Below the pieces are notes generated by a model that did no database searches, was not told the origin of the DNA, and saw nothing but the letters and a program-made list of their open reading frames with translations. From Chrysomallon squamiferum (lineage: Eukaryota > Animalia > Mollusca): a stretch of DNA of 64,000 nucleotides. Where the stretch lies: the NCBI GenBank assembly GCA_012295275.1, contig CM022667.1:3534001-3598000 (forward strand), given 5' to 3'. Position numbers and translations under genes: made by a program. Shown piece by piece: positions 44,055 through 57,699 of this stretch (the stretch's first letter is position 1; every line of letters begins with the position of its first letter).

Positions 44055-44400
44055 TATAATACTGAAATTACAGTTCTTTCTTAACACTGAAAGTGCAAAG
44101 AGTTTGTAATACTGAAATTGCAAATTGTTGCTAATGCTGAAATTGCAAATTGTTGTGAATGCTGAAATTGCAAATTGTTGTGAATGCTGAAAGTGCAAAA
44201 ACTTTGCATTACTATATTGCAAATTCTTTCTAACACCAAAAGTGCAAAATATTTGTAATTCTGATTTGCAAAACTTTTGCAATACTGAAATTGCAAAATT
44301 GTTTTCTAACCTAGAAACTGCAAATATTTATAATGCTGAACATGCAAAATATTTGCAGTACTGAAATTGCAAATTGTTTCTAAAGCTGAAGGTGCAAATA
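44055..44400. repeat. ~24-25 bp minisatellite, core CTGAAAKTGCAAA
   Basis: About 13 units such as ATGCTGAAATTGCAAATTGTTGTGA. Confidence 0.9.
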
Positions 44401-45056
44401 CTTCCTCCTCCAGAAAAGGTCATGTATACCATATTTGTGAGCTGTAATGCAGAAAGTAATGATAGAAAATTAATCACTTTGGTTGAGTCATTAAATAAAA
44501 TAAAACTGAAACCAGTTTGTACAGCCATTTCACTTAATGGGCAGGATCAAGTTTTAAAGACGTTTTTTCTTTCTTTTTTAAATATGAGTATTTAACAATA
44601 GTCCTAATATTTAATAGAGGTGTTTTAATATTCTGGGTTAAATTTCAACAAATTGCATTGTTTGAAATTATTGAAATGTAAAAAAATTAGATGTCTTTTT
44701 GTATTGATTTTTTTTTTTTTTTGAAATTATATTTTAATAGCTTCCTCTAAAATTGTAAACAGTTGACTCATTTTTACCTTTTGTTGTGAGTTAATAGAAA
44801 ACCAGGTGTCTTTAACAAGATGTCACTTTGATTTCTCTTTTCAGGTGTGTGCTAACTGTAAATTTTGATAATTTTTCAATGAAGACATGTTAGAACTTGT
44901 TTCATTTGGGCCAATGGCAATTTCTTCTGAAAATTTCAGATTTCTTTATCCTAAAGAAATATCTTCCCAAATACCCAAATATTACTTTTACGCAGTCAGG
45001 GAATATTATCTTTTCTTCATACTGTCCCCTTTCTTTTCTCTGTCTCCCTCTCCAAA

Positions 45057-45093
<37 letters not shown>

Positions 45094-45370
45094 CAAATCA
45101 GTATTACATGCACTTGTGAGCAATAATTCAGGAGCTGTCGTTTAGAAATAATATTATCAATATTAACACTGATACGTGAAAGTGATATGTTTTAAGTGGA
45201 TTCACATACGCTATAAATTGTGATATTATGTTTGTTTCACTGAATAAAATTTCAAAAAAATTCAGTTCAGTTGTACATTTTAATAACTAAGGACAACATT
45301 TGTATAAATTACACACACACAAATATACAGAAACAGATAGACAGACATACAGATAGATAGACAGACAGAC

Positions 45371-45417
<47 letters not shown>

Positions 45418-46047
45418 TAGATACAGACAGACAGACATACAAGCAGGCAGACACATATTCTTTTGACTCAATAATGTTTGATTTGTAAAATTGTTACCCC
45501 TTAAAAAAAATGAAGATGTATTCTATCGCATAATATAAAAAACTTTTATTGTTGTTAAATTTCTTAACATACAGAACTGTTATTATATTTTTTTTTTTTG
45601 CTACCACAGATATCTCAAATTATCTGCTAACTGGCACACTGGTATTCAGCAAACAAACTCTAAGTGTAACAGAGACAGTATAATGGAAAGTTTTTCCTAA
45701 TTGCCTCTACAAAACACTTACAGACAAGTGTGCAGTATAATATAATATTTTAGTCATCACAGACAGCACTGTCACATTATTCGTTAATTGTCACAGCAAA
45801 ATGTTATCATGCAAGTTGTATTTAATTTATTTAACACAAATTACTAGCATCTAGGTTTGACTAAATATGACCAGTGTGGATGCTAACCAAAAAAAAAAAA
45901 AGTATTTTAACATAGAAGATAAAATTCTAAATTGCCGTGCATATTACTATCAATATAGTATATTAGGACTAGTGTGTGAATTATTATTTTTAAATTACAC
46001 AACACAATACTATCTAAAATGTTTATATATAGATAGATAGATAGACA

Positions 46048-46087
<40 letters not shown>

Positions 46088-46234
46088 CATTTATATAAGA
46101 AAATTATAAAATCAATTAAGTGCTTTTGTTCATTCATGTTTTCTGTTTTCCTTCTGTCTTCCTTTTTCTTATTCTTCACTGTTTGCTTTGGTAATACTTA
46201 CATTTAGGAGTGGTGCTGTAATTGAAATTTTTAC

Positions 46235-46276
<42 letters not shown>

Positions 46277-47049
46277 CAAAGGTGTCACATTAAAACTTTT
46301 ATTTTCACTTTTATGTACCTTTGGCTTAAGTCTTAAACTTAATATCATTCCTGACCTGGATGTCTGAAGTGTTTATTGTTGTTGAAATATGTCACTGCTC
46401 AATAATAAGTAATATTCCTTCATACCTACACACATAACATAACATATGTGTGCATAAACACAATTACACACTTACACCTATCCATATATATATATATATA
46501 CACACACAGACACATGCACACATACATGCACTATTTCAAAATATAACTATACCACTATTTCTATAATTTATACCAAAATCCCATTCTTTCTATGCTGACG
46601 ACAGTGTTAACATTATTTCTAAACACAATTAAAATACCAGTTTCGTCACTGTAACCACGATGTCACCACTTTCAGTGTAACCAAAGTAACCATCATTTTC
46701 CTCCCTCTCAAGAATGCATCGTCCTTTGCGATGATGCACGCCCATAACAAACCTGCTTGAACGTGTAATGATATATGTGATCAAAGTGGAGAGTACTATA
46801 CAGATCATGTGACAAATCAAACTGACAAAATTCCACCTCTTTGTATTAGTATTAACATGATGTGCCAGATGTTAAAGAAACTTTGTCAGCATTTTTTTAT
46901 TTTTTTTTATTATTATTATTATTATTTTTTTTTTTTTTTTTTTTTCATAGCAAAATGTAATTATAACTGTTAATTCAAATATTTGTATTTAAAACAGTGA
47001 ATTTTTGTATTTAGAGAATTGTATGCACTTGTATTTGGATTGGTGCAGT

Positions 47050-47480
47050 ACTTTATTTAAATACCGATCACTATTATTTTAATAGTGAATACACATTTTA
47101 AATACTGTATACTTAGTAAATTTGCTTGTATTTAGATAGTTGTTATGTTAAATAGTGAATTTATATTATTAAACTATTTGTTAGTTTTATTTTAATAGCA
47201 AATGTTATTTAAATACGGAATATACATTATTTTAATAGCAAATATACTTTATTTAAATAGGGAATATATGTTATTTAAATAGTGATTACTTTTACTTTAA
47301 TAGTGAATATGTTACTTAGATGCTGTATATACTTTATAAGTAAATAGTGAATTATATTTTTTCAAATAGTAAATACTTTTATTTAAATAATATTACTTTA
47401 ATTTAAATAGTGAATAGTATTTAAATAGAGGATAATTTTTATTAAATAAAGTGTGCTTCTTTTAAATAGTGAATATTTGC
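47050..47480. repeat. Degenerate AT-rich minisatellite, core ATTTAAATAGTGAATA
   Basis: Core recurs many times at ~20-23 bp spacing. Confidence 0.75.
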
Positions 47481-47912
47481 ATGTAGATATGTTTTATAGC
47501 TGCAGTCGAGTATATACAAAATAATATGTAAATTAAAACTGTGAATATTTAATTTAGATTGCTTAATGTGTGTGAATTTCAGCAGTTTTTTTTTTTTTTT
47601 TTTTAAAAATCTAAATGATATAGAGAATTATTTAATTTTGATATATTTGTAACAACTGTTTAAAACATAAAAAAAAAAAAAAGTGTAAAAAGTACATTAT
47701 GATGAGGATGTAGGTATAGGTATACTGTTCGTATTGTTTTGTGTTTTATATTCATCAGTTTAATACACACACACAAAAACATTCACACATTCATTCCCAC
47801 TCATGTTCAAACTAAAACACAGGCACCTACCCATGGGCATTATAATATTCAATTATTTTTTATCTTTTAATTCAAGTTATATGTCCATGTATGTATGTAT
47901 GTTGTGTCTGTC

Positions 47913-47963
<51 letters not shown>

Positions 47964-48367
47964 TGTGTATATATATGTGTTTGTGTGAGCGTGACTGTGG
48001 ATGTGTATATGTGTCCATATTCTGGTTTCTTCTTCAGTATGACTATTTCAAAAAGAATTTTGATCTGTTATTAAATTGCTAATAATAATTTTAAACATTT
48101 TGTATTTATATATTGCACTTTATGGTAAAGAAAGATGAAAGAATAATGCAAAGTAAGTAATAACTTAATTATTTATATATATATAATCATTCTTTTATTA
48201 TTATTTAAACTTTACAATCCACGGAACTGAATGAAATATTTATGAACCTGTAGAGAACGTTATCCAAGTTCTAATGCATATTCTGGTTATACAACTTACT
48301 GGTAACTGTTCAGATCGGAAAACTTAATAAATAATGAATATTAAGATATCTGTGCCAAATATAACAC

Positions 48368-48423
<56 letters not shown>

Positions 48424-48703
48424 TATAAGCACAAATACACACACACACACACACTGAGTATGTATACAAATTAACAAACGTCTCAGAATGTTATTAACCA
48501 AAGATAATAAATACTATAAAGAAACTTTGCCCCACTTTTAATATGTACACAGTGGACACACACAGAAGTAGTCGCCACACAGAATAAAATAAAAGCTGAA
48601 GGTACAGAGTTAGTTAGCTCAGGTGTAATTAATACTAATTATATGGCCTGTTTTTCGGCAGTGCTTGCTTGCCAAGACTAAACAAAGCCACAAAGCCTGG
48701 GAC

Positions 48704-48896
48704 ATAGCCGTTAATTAAACATTTGCCAACTGAAATTAAATTTCTTGCATAATGTGACCCGCATTTTATCAGGTGGGGGGAGGGGCTGTCAGGGTGGAGG
48801 AAGTGGGGGGGCAGTCAAGTGTGTGGTGTTTATCACCTATCTCTTAGTAACTACTGATCTAATTGGTTTGTTGTGTACACATTTAACCAAGCCATT
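48704..48896 (+). repeat. Long inverted repeat, left arm (193 bp)
   Basis: Reverse complement of 51968-52159. Manual alignment gives 8 substitutions and 1 single-base indel. Confidence 0.97.
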
Positions 48897-50159
48897 GTCT
48901 TCGTTTTTTTTTATCTGCAATCTTCAAGTTTGGAAAGGACAGGTCAGTCTATTGGTCGTGGAGGTGGAGGAGGGTTTTTTTGTTTGTCACAGTGTGTGTG
49001 TGTGTGTGTGTGTGTGGGGGGGGCTTTTATATCATGCCCCTTGTTTCTGTGTGTCTGTGTGTGTCTGTGTGTGTGTGTGTGGTTTTTAATCTCTTCCTGT
49101 GTTTTTTAATGTCTCTCGTAATTACGTTCTTCAGGTGGTTCGTTCGTTGGTTGGTTGGTCAGGTATGATTCTAACTGGAAGGAATTTCTGTTTTTCCCAG
49201 GTGGATTGTTGTCGCTTTGGCTCTCTGTCTGTTTTGCTTGGGTGTCTCGGGTGTCCTGTGATTGGTGTTTTGATGATAACTGTTAATGTTAAACAGGGTA
49301 GGGGGTTGACACTGCAGATGAAAGGAAAAGTTTGAATTAAAATCACGTTTAGAGAGAATGAGGAAGAGAATTAAAATAAAGAGTATAAATTATAATTTTT
49401 AAATTTTTAAAAAAAATTAAATGTTTTAAAATTTCTATGCTGAGAAATAATGTAAATAGTAGTTATACATTTAGATGGTTTTTCTTGAATATTTTTCTTT
49501 TCAATATATATAAAGAAAAAAGAAAAAAATTTTAATTTTAATTTTTCTTCTTTTTTAAAAAAAATCTAAATTGACAAAAATATTATGATTTAGTTAAAAA
49601 CTAACAACAAAAAGGAAAAATTTAATAAGGAAATAAATTTAAAAAAAAAAAAAAAAAAAGAAAAGAAAAGATGTGTCAACAGCAACTGCATTGAAAAAAA
49701 AAATAAAAAAAAAAAAAAATAAAAAATTTATAATTACACATGAACATCAATGAAGAAACAGAAAAAAAAAAAAAATAGTTTTCTTCATTGCAATTAACTG
49801 ATGATGTCAGCAAATTTCTGCTGCAACTAGAATCGTGCCTTAATCTGAAACACATCTATCTTTTTAACTTCAATTTCAACAAAGCCACTTCTTCTCCTCT
49901 TGTTGCCAGGGAGTTTCTCGCTTTCTGGCCTGTCATTTCAACACACTGGAGAGGGTACACACAAACATAATGAGCAATATTCAAACGAAGAACAACATAA
50001 TGCGAGAGTGAGAAAAAAAAAATTTAAAGACACACAAAAAATCTCTGTTTTATACAGAACACACCACAATGGCTGGTCTGGTCTGGTTCTCACATCAGAG
50101 CAGTTTGTGTAAGAATAAAAAGAAAAAGAGAAGAAAATTGTGGATTATTCTAATGTCTG

Positions 50160-50211
50160 AGGTCACGGGGTCACGCGAGGTCATTCGTGCTGAGATCGAG
50201 GTCACGGGGCA
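50160..50211 (+). promoter_or_regulatory. Cluster of five nuclear-receptor half-sites (DR2, DR4, DR1)
   Basis: AGGTCA-cg-GGGTCA-cgcg-AGGTCA, then AGGTCA-c-GGGGCA, in a CpG-rich island. Confidence 0.55.
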
Positions 50212-50725
50212 CACACCCTGCGCAGCGCAATGCACACACTCGCTCATTGCTCAATATTGCATAATTGAGCAGCTTTTGGCCCAGTCGGCTGCTTCTCGGC
50301 AAATGATTGCGATCAATTTCTGCATCAAACACAGCTATTCACGATAACAAGGCCAGAAAATTTACCCCAATGGCTCCGTGGCCAAGTCAGGGGGCAATTT
50401 GCAAAGACCTGCAGGATCATGGTATTTACAAGGTGTCTGTTTGTGTGTGTGTGTGTGTGTGTGTGTTCTTGTGTGTGTGTTTGTGTGTGTGGGGGGGTGT
50501 TTGGGGGATTGTGGGTGAGGGTGTGGGTGTAGTAGATGTGTGTGTGTGTTGGTATGTTTATGTGTTTGAGTGTTTGTGTTTCTGTGTGCTGGTGTTTGTG
50601 TGTGTGTGTGTGTTCTGAAAGTATGTTTTGTTTGTGTGTGTGTGTGTTTTGTGTTTGTGTTTTGTGTTTTGTTTTTGTTTGTGGATGTCTGTGTTTGTAT
50701 GTGTCTGTAGTGTGTGTATGTGTGT

Positions 50726-51060
50726 GAGCCTGTGTGATGTGTACACATCTGTACATCTGTGTGTGTGTGTCTGTCTGTGTGTGTGTCTGTATGTGTATGT
50801 GTGTGAGCCTGTGTGATGTGTACACATCTGTACATCTGTGTGTGTGTGTGTGTCTGTGTGTGTGTCTGTCAGTGTATGTGTGTGAGCCTGTGTGATGTGT
50901 ACACATCTGTACATCTGTGTGTGTGTGTGTGTCTGTGTGTGTGTCTGTGTATGTGTGTGTGTGAGTCTGTGTGATGTGTACACATCTGTACATCTGTATG
51001 TGTGTGTGTCTGTCAGTGTATGTGTGAGCCTGTGTGATGTGTACACATCTGTACATCTGT
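50726..51060. repeat. Minisatellite, 5 units (period 79, 79, 79, 63) embedded in (TG)n
   Basis: Core GAGCCTGTGTGATGTGTACACATCTGTACATCTG. The palindrome GATGTGTACACATC starts at 50736, 50815, 50894, 50973, 51036. Confidence 0.95.
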
Positions 51061-51967
51061 GTGTGTGTGTGTGTCTCTGCTATCTCAATCTTCTCACTCT
51101 GTTATGCAGTAGGAAAGTCTCGTGTTTATAACCTGCCAGTGTTTAGTAATTTACAATCATTTTGTTGCCACCTCTGTGCAAGAGACTCAATCCAGCCCGG
51201 CTATCATAACCAGGCAGATGTAATAAGGGAGGTCTTCAAATCTGTCCCACAGGGGTCATGAAAATCTTGCATCATAGGTTGTCGAGGACGATGTTTAATT
51301 AACTTTCCTTGGTTTCTTTTTCAATTTGCTTTGCTTTGGCAATTTCTAGTCGACATCGACAGTAAAAAAAAAAAAAAAAAAAAAAAAATTAAAAATTTAA
51401 ATGTTTCTTGTACATTTACACAGATCTTGCTGTTGGTATTTATTGCTATTCAGTGCATTATTTAAAAAAAGAAAAACTCTTATTTTATTTTATTTGTATA
51501 GCAGTGCTTGGTACCAGACTCCCCTACAAATATGTTGATGATGTATTTTTTCACAAATTTCTTTTCCCCTTTGCTGCACTTCACTGTGATTGTTATCAGA
51601 AATCAGTGACAAGGCCACATTTTAGTTTTAATACAAACTGCATTAGAAGTAGACGTTTTTAGTGGTATAATAATTGTTGTTGTAGTGTTGTATTCATTCA
51701 TTTATTTATTTATTTATTTATTTACATTTTATGTAATTCTTAATTTATTTTATTATCGTAATCATCATTATCATCATTTATCACTGTCACCACCATCATT
51801 TTTATCATTATTATCATTTATTATCATTATTATTATTACTTTTATTATTATTATTACTATTATTATAATTACTATTATACTCTCTCCATTTCATACACTG
51901 AACAAATAAATAGTAATAAATCTTGTTTTAAAAAAATGTTAATTTATTCTCGCTGTTATTAATTTTA

Positions 51968-52159
51968 AATGGCTTGGTTCCATGTGTACACAACAACCAA
52001 TTAGATCAGTAGTTACTAAGAGATAGGTGATAAACACCACACACCTGACTGCCCCCCCACTTCCTCCACCCTGATAGCCCCTCCCCATACCTGATAAAAT
52101 GCAGGTCACATTATGCAAGAAATTTAATTTCAGTTGGCAAATGTTTAATTAACAGCTAT
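51968..52159 (-). repeat. Long inverted repeat, right arm (192 bp)
   Basis: Reverse complement of 48704-48896, ~95% identity. Confidence 0.97.
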
Positions 52160-52455
52160 ATTTGACGTTTCGTGTCTTTGTTTTTATATATGTATATATG
52201 TGTATTTGTGTCCTGTTTATATTAATTCATTAATTAGAAAATGTATTTTCCTAAGTTAAATTTCAGGGATTAATTAAAAACAGAACTAATTAATATGCGG
52301 AGACAGATAGATAGAGGAATTAAATAAACACAGATTGTTGATTGAAGACAGAGTCGCTAATTAAATCAAGTTGAGATAAATCTAATGTAGGAAGCCAGCT
52401 AGACCGATAAATAGACAGAAAGTGTAACAGAATATTTATATACATATAATGGGTA

Positions 52456-52457
<2 letters not shown>

Positions 52458-52524
<67 letters not shown>

Positions 52525-52612
52525 ACGAATAACTGATTGTTTCCTAAATTTGTCAATCTCACCAATTCTACTAATCTACTCTTTCCATCTGTCTCTCTTT
52601 GTGCTTAGATTT

Positions 52613-52696
<84 letters not shown>
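52458..52696. repeat. (TG)n (52458-52521) and (TC)n (52615-52696) microsatellites
   Basis: Read directly. Confidence 0.95.
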
Positions 52697-52699
<3 letters not shown>

Positions 52700-53501
52700 C
52701 AAAGTATCTAATTCACATAATCTGGCAGTCATTAATTACACTCCGATAACCCAACTCTTTTTTTTTAATAATTATTATCCTGAACTATACTCCTTTTTTT
52801 TTTTAACATGTACACAACTTTTAAAAAAAAATATAAATAAAAAAAAATAAATAAATAAATAAAACAACAACAAATAAACAAAAACAACTTTAAAATGTAA
52901 AATGTAAAAAAAAAAAGTAATAATAATAATAATAATAACAATAAATTAAAAAAAAGATGACACAACAATTTGTTATAATCATGCTAACTTGCCCAGGACC
53001 ACATATTCATTTATCTGATATTCTATATTTACTATCATCATGGCAATAAATGGTTTTTTAACACATACCCTATCACATGATATTTACATTAATTTTACCA
53101 GCAGAGGTAAGGCAAGCCACCGGTCATATAGGATTTCCCACTGTTTGACATTTACAATAATAATAAAGGAAAAGACACCTGAAAATTTCGGTAACTGAAT
53201 ACTAATTGGTCTGTTTAATTGTTTGCATCTCGTAGCATGATGAAAATAAAGACATTTAACTTTTTCCATGCTCCTTGGTGCAGTAAATATGAGGATGGTA
53301 GCTTACGTGCATCTCCCCAGATATTTGTTTTCAGTCCTTCGAAGCTTTTCCCCAAAGTAAGACCTTGTTCCCCTCACTGTGCAAGAAGAAGCATTATTTA
53401 TAATTAAAGTAATATTTTTCTCACTGTTTTTCTGGCCGCTTTTTGACAGAGATGGATGAAGTTATTATGTTATGGTAGGTTGAACAATGTCAGAAAGGAT
53501 G

Positions 53502-53532
<31 letters not shown>

Positions 53533-53686
53533 TTAAAATAAAACTATTTGTAACAGAGACAAAAAAAAAAGAAGAAAATAATAATAAGAATTAACAGAAT
53601 CAGTTTTTTTTTAATTAAAAGAAGAAAAAAGAAAAACTAAAACTTTTTGTATTTGGTTTGATAAAATTTTGAGGTTTGTTTTATTT

Positions 53687-53721
<35 letters not shown>

Positions 53722-53932
53722 TGGACATAATTATTGTGGATTTTTTAAATCAATTTTCTAATGATTTTTATTTTTAATTTAATTTTTTTAATCTTTTTTA
53801 TTTTCTATTTAATTTCTTATTATTTTATTTACATCTTTTTTCAGAATTATTTTCATTTCAGAATATAGGACGTTTAGGTAAATGTTTAATTAGAATCAAA
53901 CACCACATCTCACAAAAGATTCATACATTACA

Positions 53933-54190
53933 AATGTTTAATCATGTTCTCCGGTGAAACATTTCATCATATGTCAACATTTCAACACAGAAGTACTACA
54001 GATGTTTAATCCTATTCTCCATTACTCTATGGCAAACAGTAAAACATTTCATCATGTCACACAGAAATATTACAGATGTTTAATCATATTCTCCATTACT
54101 CTGATGAACAGTAAAACATTTCATCATATGTCACACAGAAGTACTACAGATGTTTAATCATTTTCTGCATTACAATATACAGAAATATTA
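53933..54190. repeat. ~70-77 bp minisatellite, about 3.5 units
   Basis: Recurrent ATGTTTAATCATATTCTCC..AAACATTTCATCAT..ACACAGAARTAYTACAG. Confidence 0.9.
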
Positions 54191-54930
54191 CATATATTTA
54201 TTTGAACTCTGAGACTGAACAGTTTAATCTGAATTATAATTTGACACAGATACATTTCAGCTAACTCAGACACAACTAAAACTGAGATTATCCAAATGGT
54301 CTTTCACATAATTCAAACACTCTTATCAATCCAATTCAAATGCTCTGTTGATATAAATTCAAGATGCTTTGTTAATGTAATTCAAAATTATCTGTTGATG
54401 TAATTCAAATGCTGTATTGATGCAGTTGAAGCTCGGTAAGAAAATTCATTTCTTCTTACTGCACTAGCAATAGATGAAAGTCTGCTTGGTTATTAAAAAA
54501 CATTTTAATAACCACACAAATCTCTGTCAGTAATTAATTAACTAATCTTCATTAAAAGAAAAGGGAGTGGCTGCATGTATAACCTGAAAAGAAAAAAAAG
54601 AAGAAGACGTCTTATATAAGCTGATAATACCATACATACTCACACATACATACATACATACATACATACATACATACACACACACACATATACATACATA
54701 CACACACACACACACATACATACATACATACTCACACACATACATACATACATAGATACACACACACACATACTCACACACATACATACATACACACACA
54801 TACTCACACACATACAAACACACATATCATCACATGTATTTACTGATTGATTTAACATCCATTGTGTTCATATTATTGTAAGTTTTATTGTTAATTATTA
54901 TTAAAAATATTTGTTATTCATGTGAGGTTA

Positions 54931-54978
<48 letters not shown>

Positions 54979-55697
54979 AATGTGTATGTTTCTACATATA
55001 ATTTATTATTATACACAGGTAAAAAAACTGTTGCTGATGATGATATGATGGCAGGAAGAGGTAACCTCAGTCACACTCATCTAAATATTGTTATCAAAAT
55101 GGACTGAAATATTAAAAAATGTCATTGTTTTGTATGTAGAAGAGTATATATATATTTTTTTGGTACATATTTATTTTTTTTTCTTTAAATTATAGCCTTT
55201 ACCTGGGCCCCAGAAAGGGAAAGGAACCTTAAGAATAAAATTCTGTTTTGATATAATTTTAATTTTAATAATTTAAATAATTTTTTTCATTTTAATTGGG
55301 TTAAAAATTATCTACAATGTATGACAAAAAAAAAAAAAAAAAAAAAAAGTAATAATAAAGTTTATATTTCTCGTATACCTCAAATGAACCTTTTAAATTT
55401 ATAATATTTTTTTTATCCTACTTTTTAATTGGTTGTCCCTAACCGGGCCCCGTTTTACTCCTGAACAGATGAAAATGAAAGGTATTGTTTTGCTGAAATA
55501 CATTGTGTTAATCAGCCTCTGGGCGTATCTAATTAGCATGATTAGAGGAACAGGTGATTACATAACACTGGGGAGGTGTTGACACACCTTTGCCCCACAA
55601 ACCTGTCCACTGGTCAGTTTGAGAGAAAGTTTTGACCAGGACTGACCATGGAGGATATACGTTTACCTGGAGATTACTTAATTCGTTACGGAGGTAC

Positions 55698-55761
<64 letters not shown>

Positions 55762-55895
55762 AAACACAGCACTTTAGTTTTGAAATTTTGTAATAATGTA
55801 ATGAATATGAAAGATTTTTTTTTTTTTTTTTTATTTATTAATGTGTTATTTTGTGTTTTGTTATTTTTCTTTTTATTGTTTATTTTATTGTTTTA

Positions 55896-55927
<32 letters not shown>

Positions 55928-56616
55928 TGGTGGGGTTTTTTTTATCTTATTTTTATGTGGGTTTTTTTTTAGTTTTCTGCTTGTTCCTAGATGTATATTA
56001 TCTTACCTAAGTTTATATTTTCAAAAATTTCATAATTATTGAATTTTTTTTTTCTTCATTAAGACTGCACTGTTTGAGGTTGGGGTGGTGTTTGTTTATA
56101 AACAAAAGAGATGAAGTTTGTCATTAAGAATAATTGTAATATTTGTTTATGAGTCCATGCTTTTGGTTTATGTTATCTTTGAAGTAACTGTTAACAGGAA
56201 AAATAATATTAATCAACAGTATTAGTATACATGGATGTGTGTGTGTGTGTCAGTACAGTTGTGTGTGTGTGTATATCTGTGTGTGTATCTGAGTATGTAG
56301 CAGTTTGTGACTGTCTGTGCAGGTGTCTGGGTGTCTGTATCTATTCAAGTGTGTCTGTGAATGCAGTTGTATGTTATTCTATCAGTCATAAAATACGTTT
56401 GATCCAGTCTTCATTATCTCCCTTTTTTCTGTTAGCATGTTAGTACGTTAGTGTTAGAACCAGTTTACTTTGATAACATTGACCACCAGAAAGAAATCAG
56501 AAAATAAAATATTAATTATTAAAATAATAAAATTTAATTTATTAAACTGTATTTTAATATTATATAAGTAATGCCAAGACAAATAAATATAGAAATAATA
56601 GTAATGATGATGATGG

Positions 56617-56650
<34 letters not shown>

Positions 56651-57234
56651 AACAACCACATTACTAATAATGCACAATAATAATAATAATAATCATAAGA
56701 TATGGAAAAGCAATAATAATAATATTGAAAATAATTAAATTATTTCTTTACATTAAGGAAAGATAATAATCAAGAGTTCACATTTCACCGAGGCTATTAA
56801 AAATTCTAACATGTAAATAACCTGACTTCACAGGTCTAAAATCAAACCATCTGTTTAAATACACACAGAGGAAAGAAATATATAATTACAATATGGGTGT
56901 CAGGTTTTTTTGTGTTTTTTTAACAACACTTATTACTGTTACAGATCTTAGCCATCAAGGTTTCTAGTTCAGAACCACAAAGTTTCTTATTCTCAGACTG
57001 GTAATACTTGTAATTTCATTACGAAATAAAAAATATATGATTTACTGTAATTTCAAACTGTCATTGGTATATTGTCTTGTTCATAAATTTTCTACTTTTT
57101 TTACGTTTTTAAATTTATTTGTTTAATTTTTTAAATTTTTATCGTCCTTTTAATTGCAGTAGCTACAAAATGTGTTTTGGCTCCTTAACCTTTTTCTACT
57201 TTTCTTTTTCACTGTTATAAAAACAAAATTAATA

Positions 57235-57266
<32 letters not shown>

Positions 57267-57699
57267 AAATACCACATGGTCATATATTTTGTATATGTCT
57301 TATTTATAATCTGGGCCAGCAAATGTTTCTTTCACTGACATTCTTCAACATTTTTCAAAAAAAAAAAAACAAAAAAAATACAGAGGTCTCATAATGTAAC
57401 TGTCCATCATACTTTTTTCTCAGGCTCATTATCAATTTAAGCCACCCCTCAATTTTTTTCATTATCTGAGACAGAATCCTTTACCCTTCTTTTTCGTCAT
57501 TTTAAAAGAAGAAAAAAAATTATTTATTTTTATTATTATGTAATAAAATACTCTATCCTCCCTCCCTCCCTCCCTAACCCCCTCTGACCAAGAAGAAGAA
57601 GAAGAAGACAAAAGCTTTGCAGTTATTCCTATTTTCCTTTCCCCCCTCTCTCTGACACAAACACACACACACAGAGAGAGAAGAAAAACCGGAGCTAGG

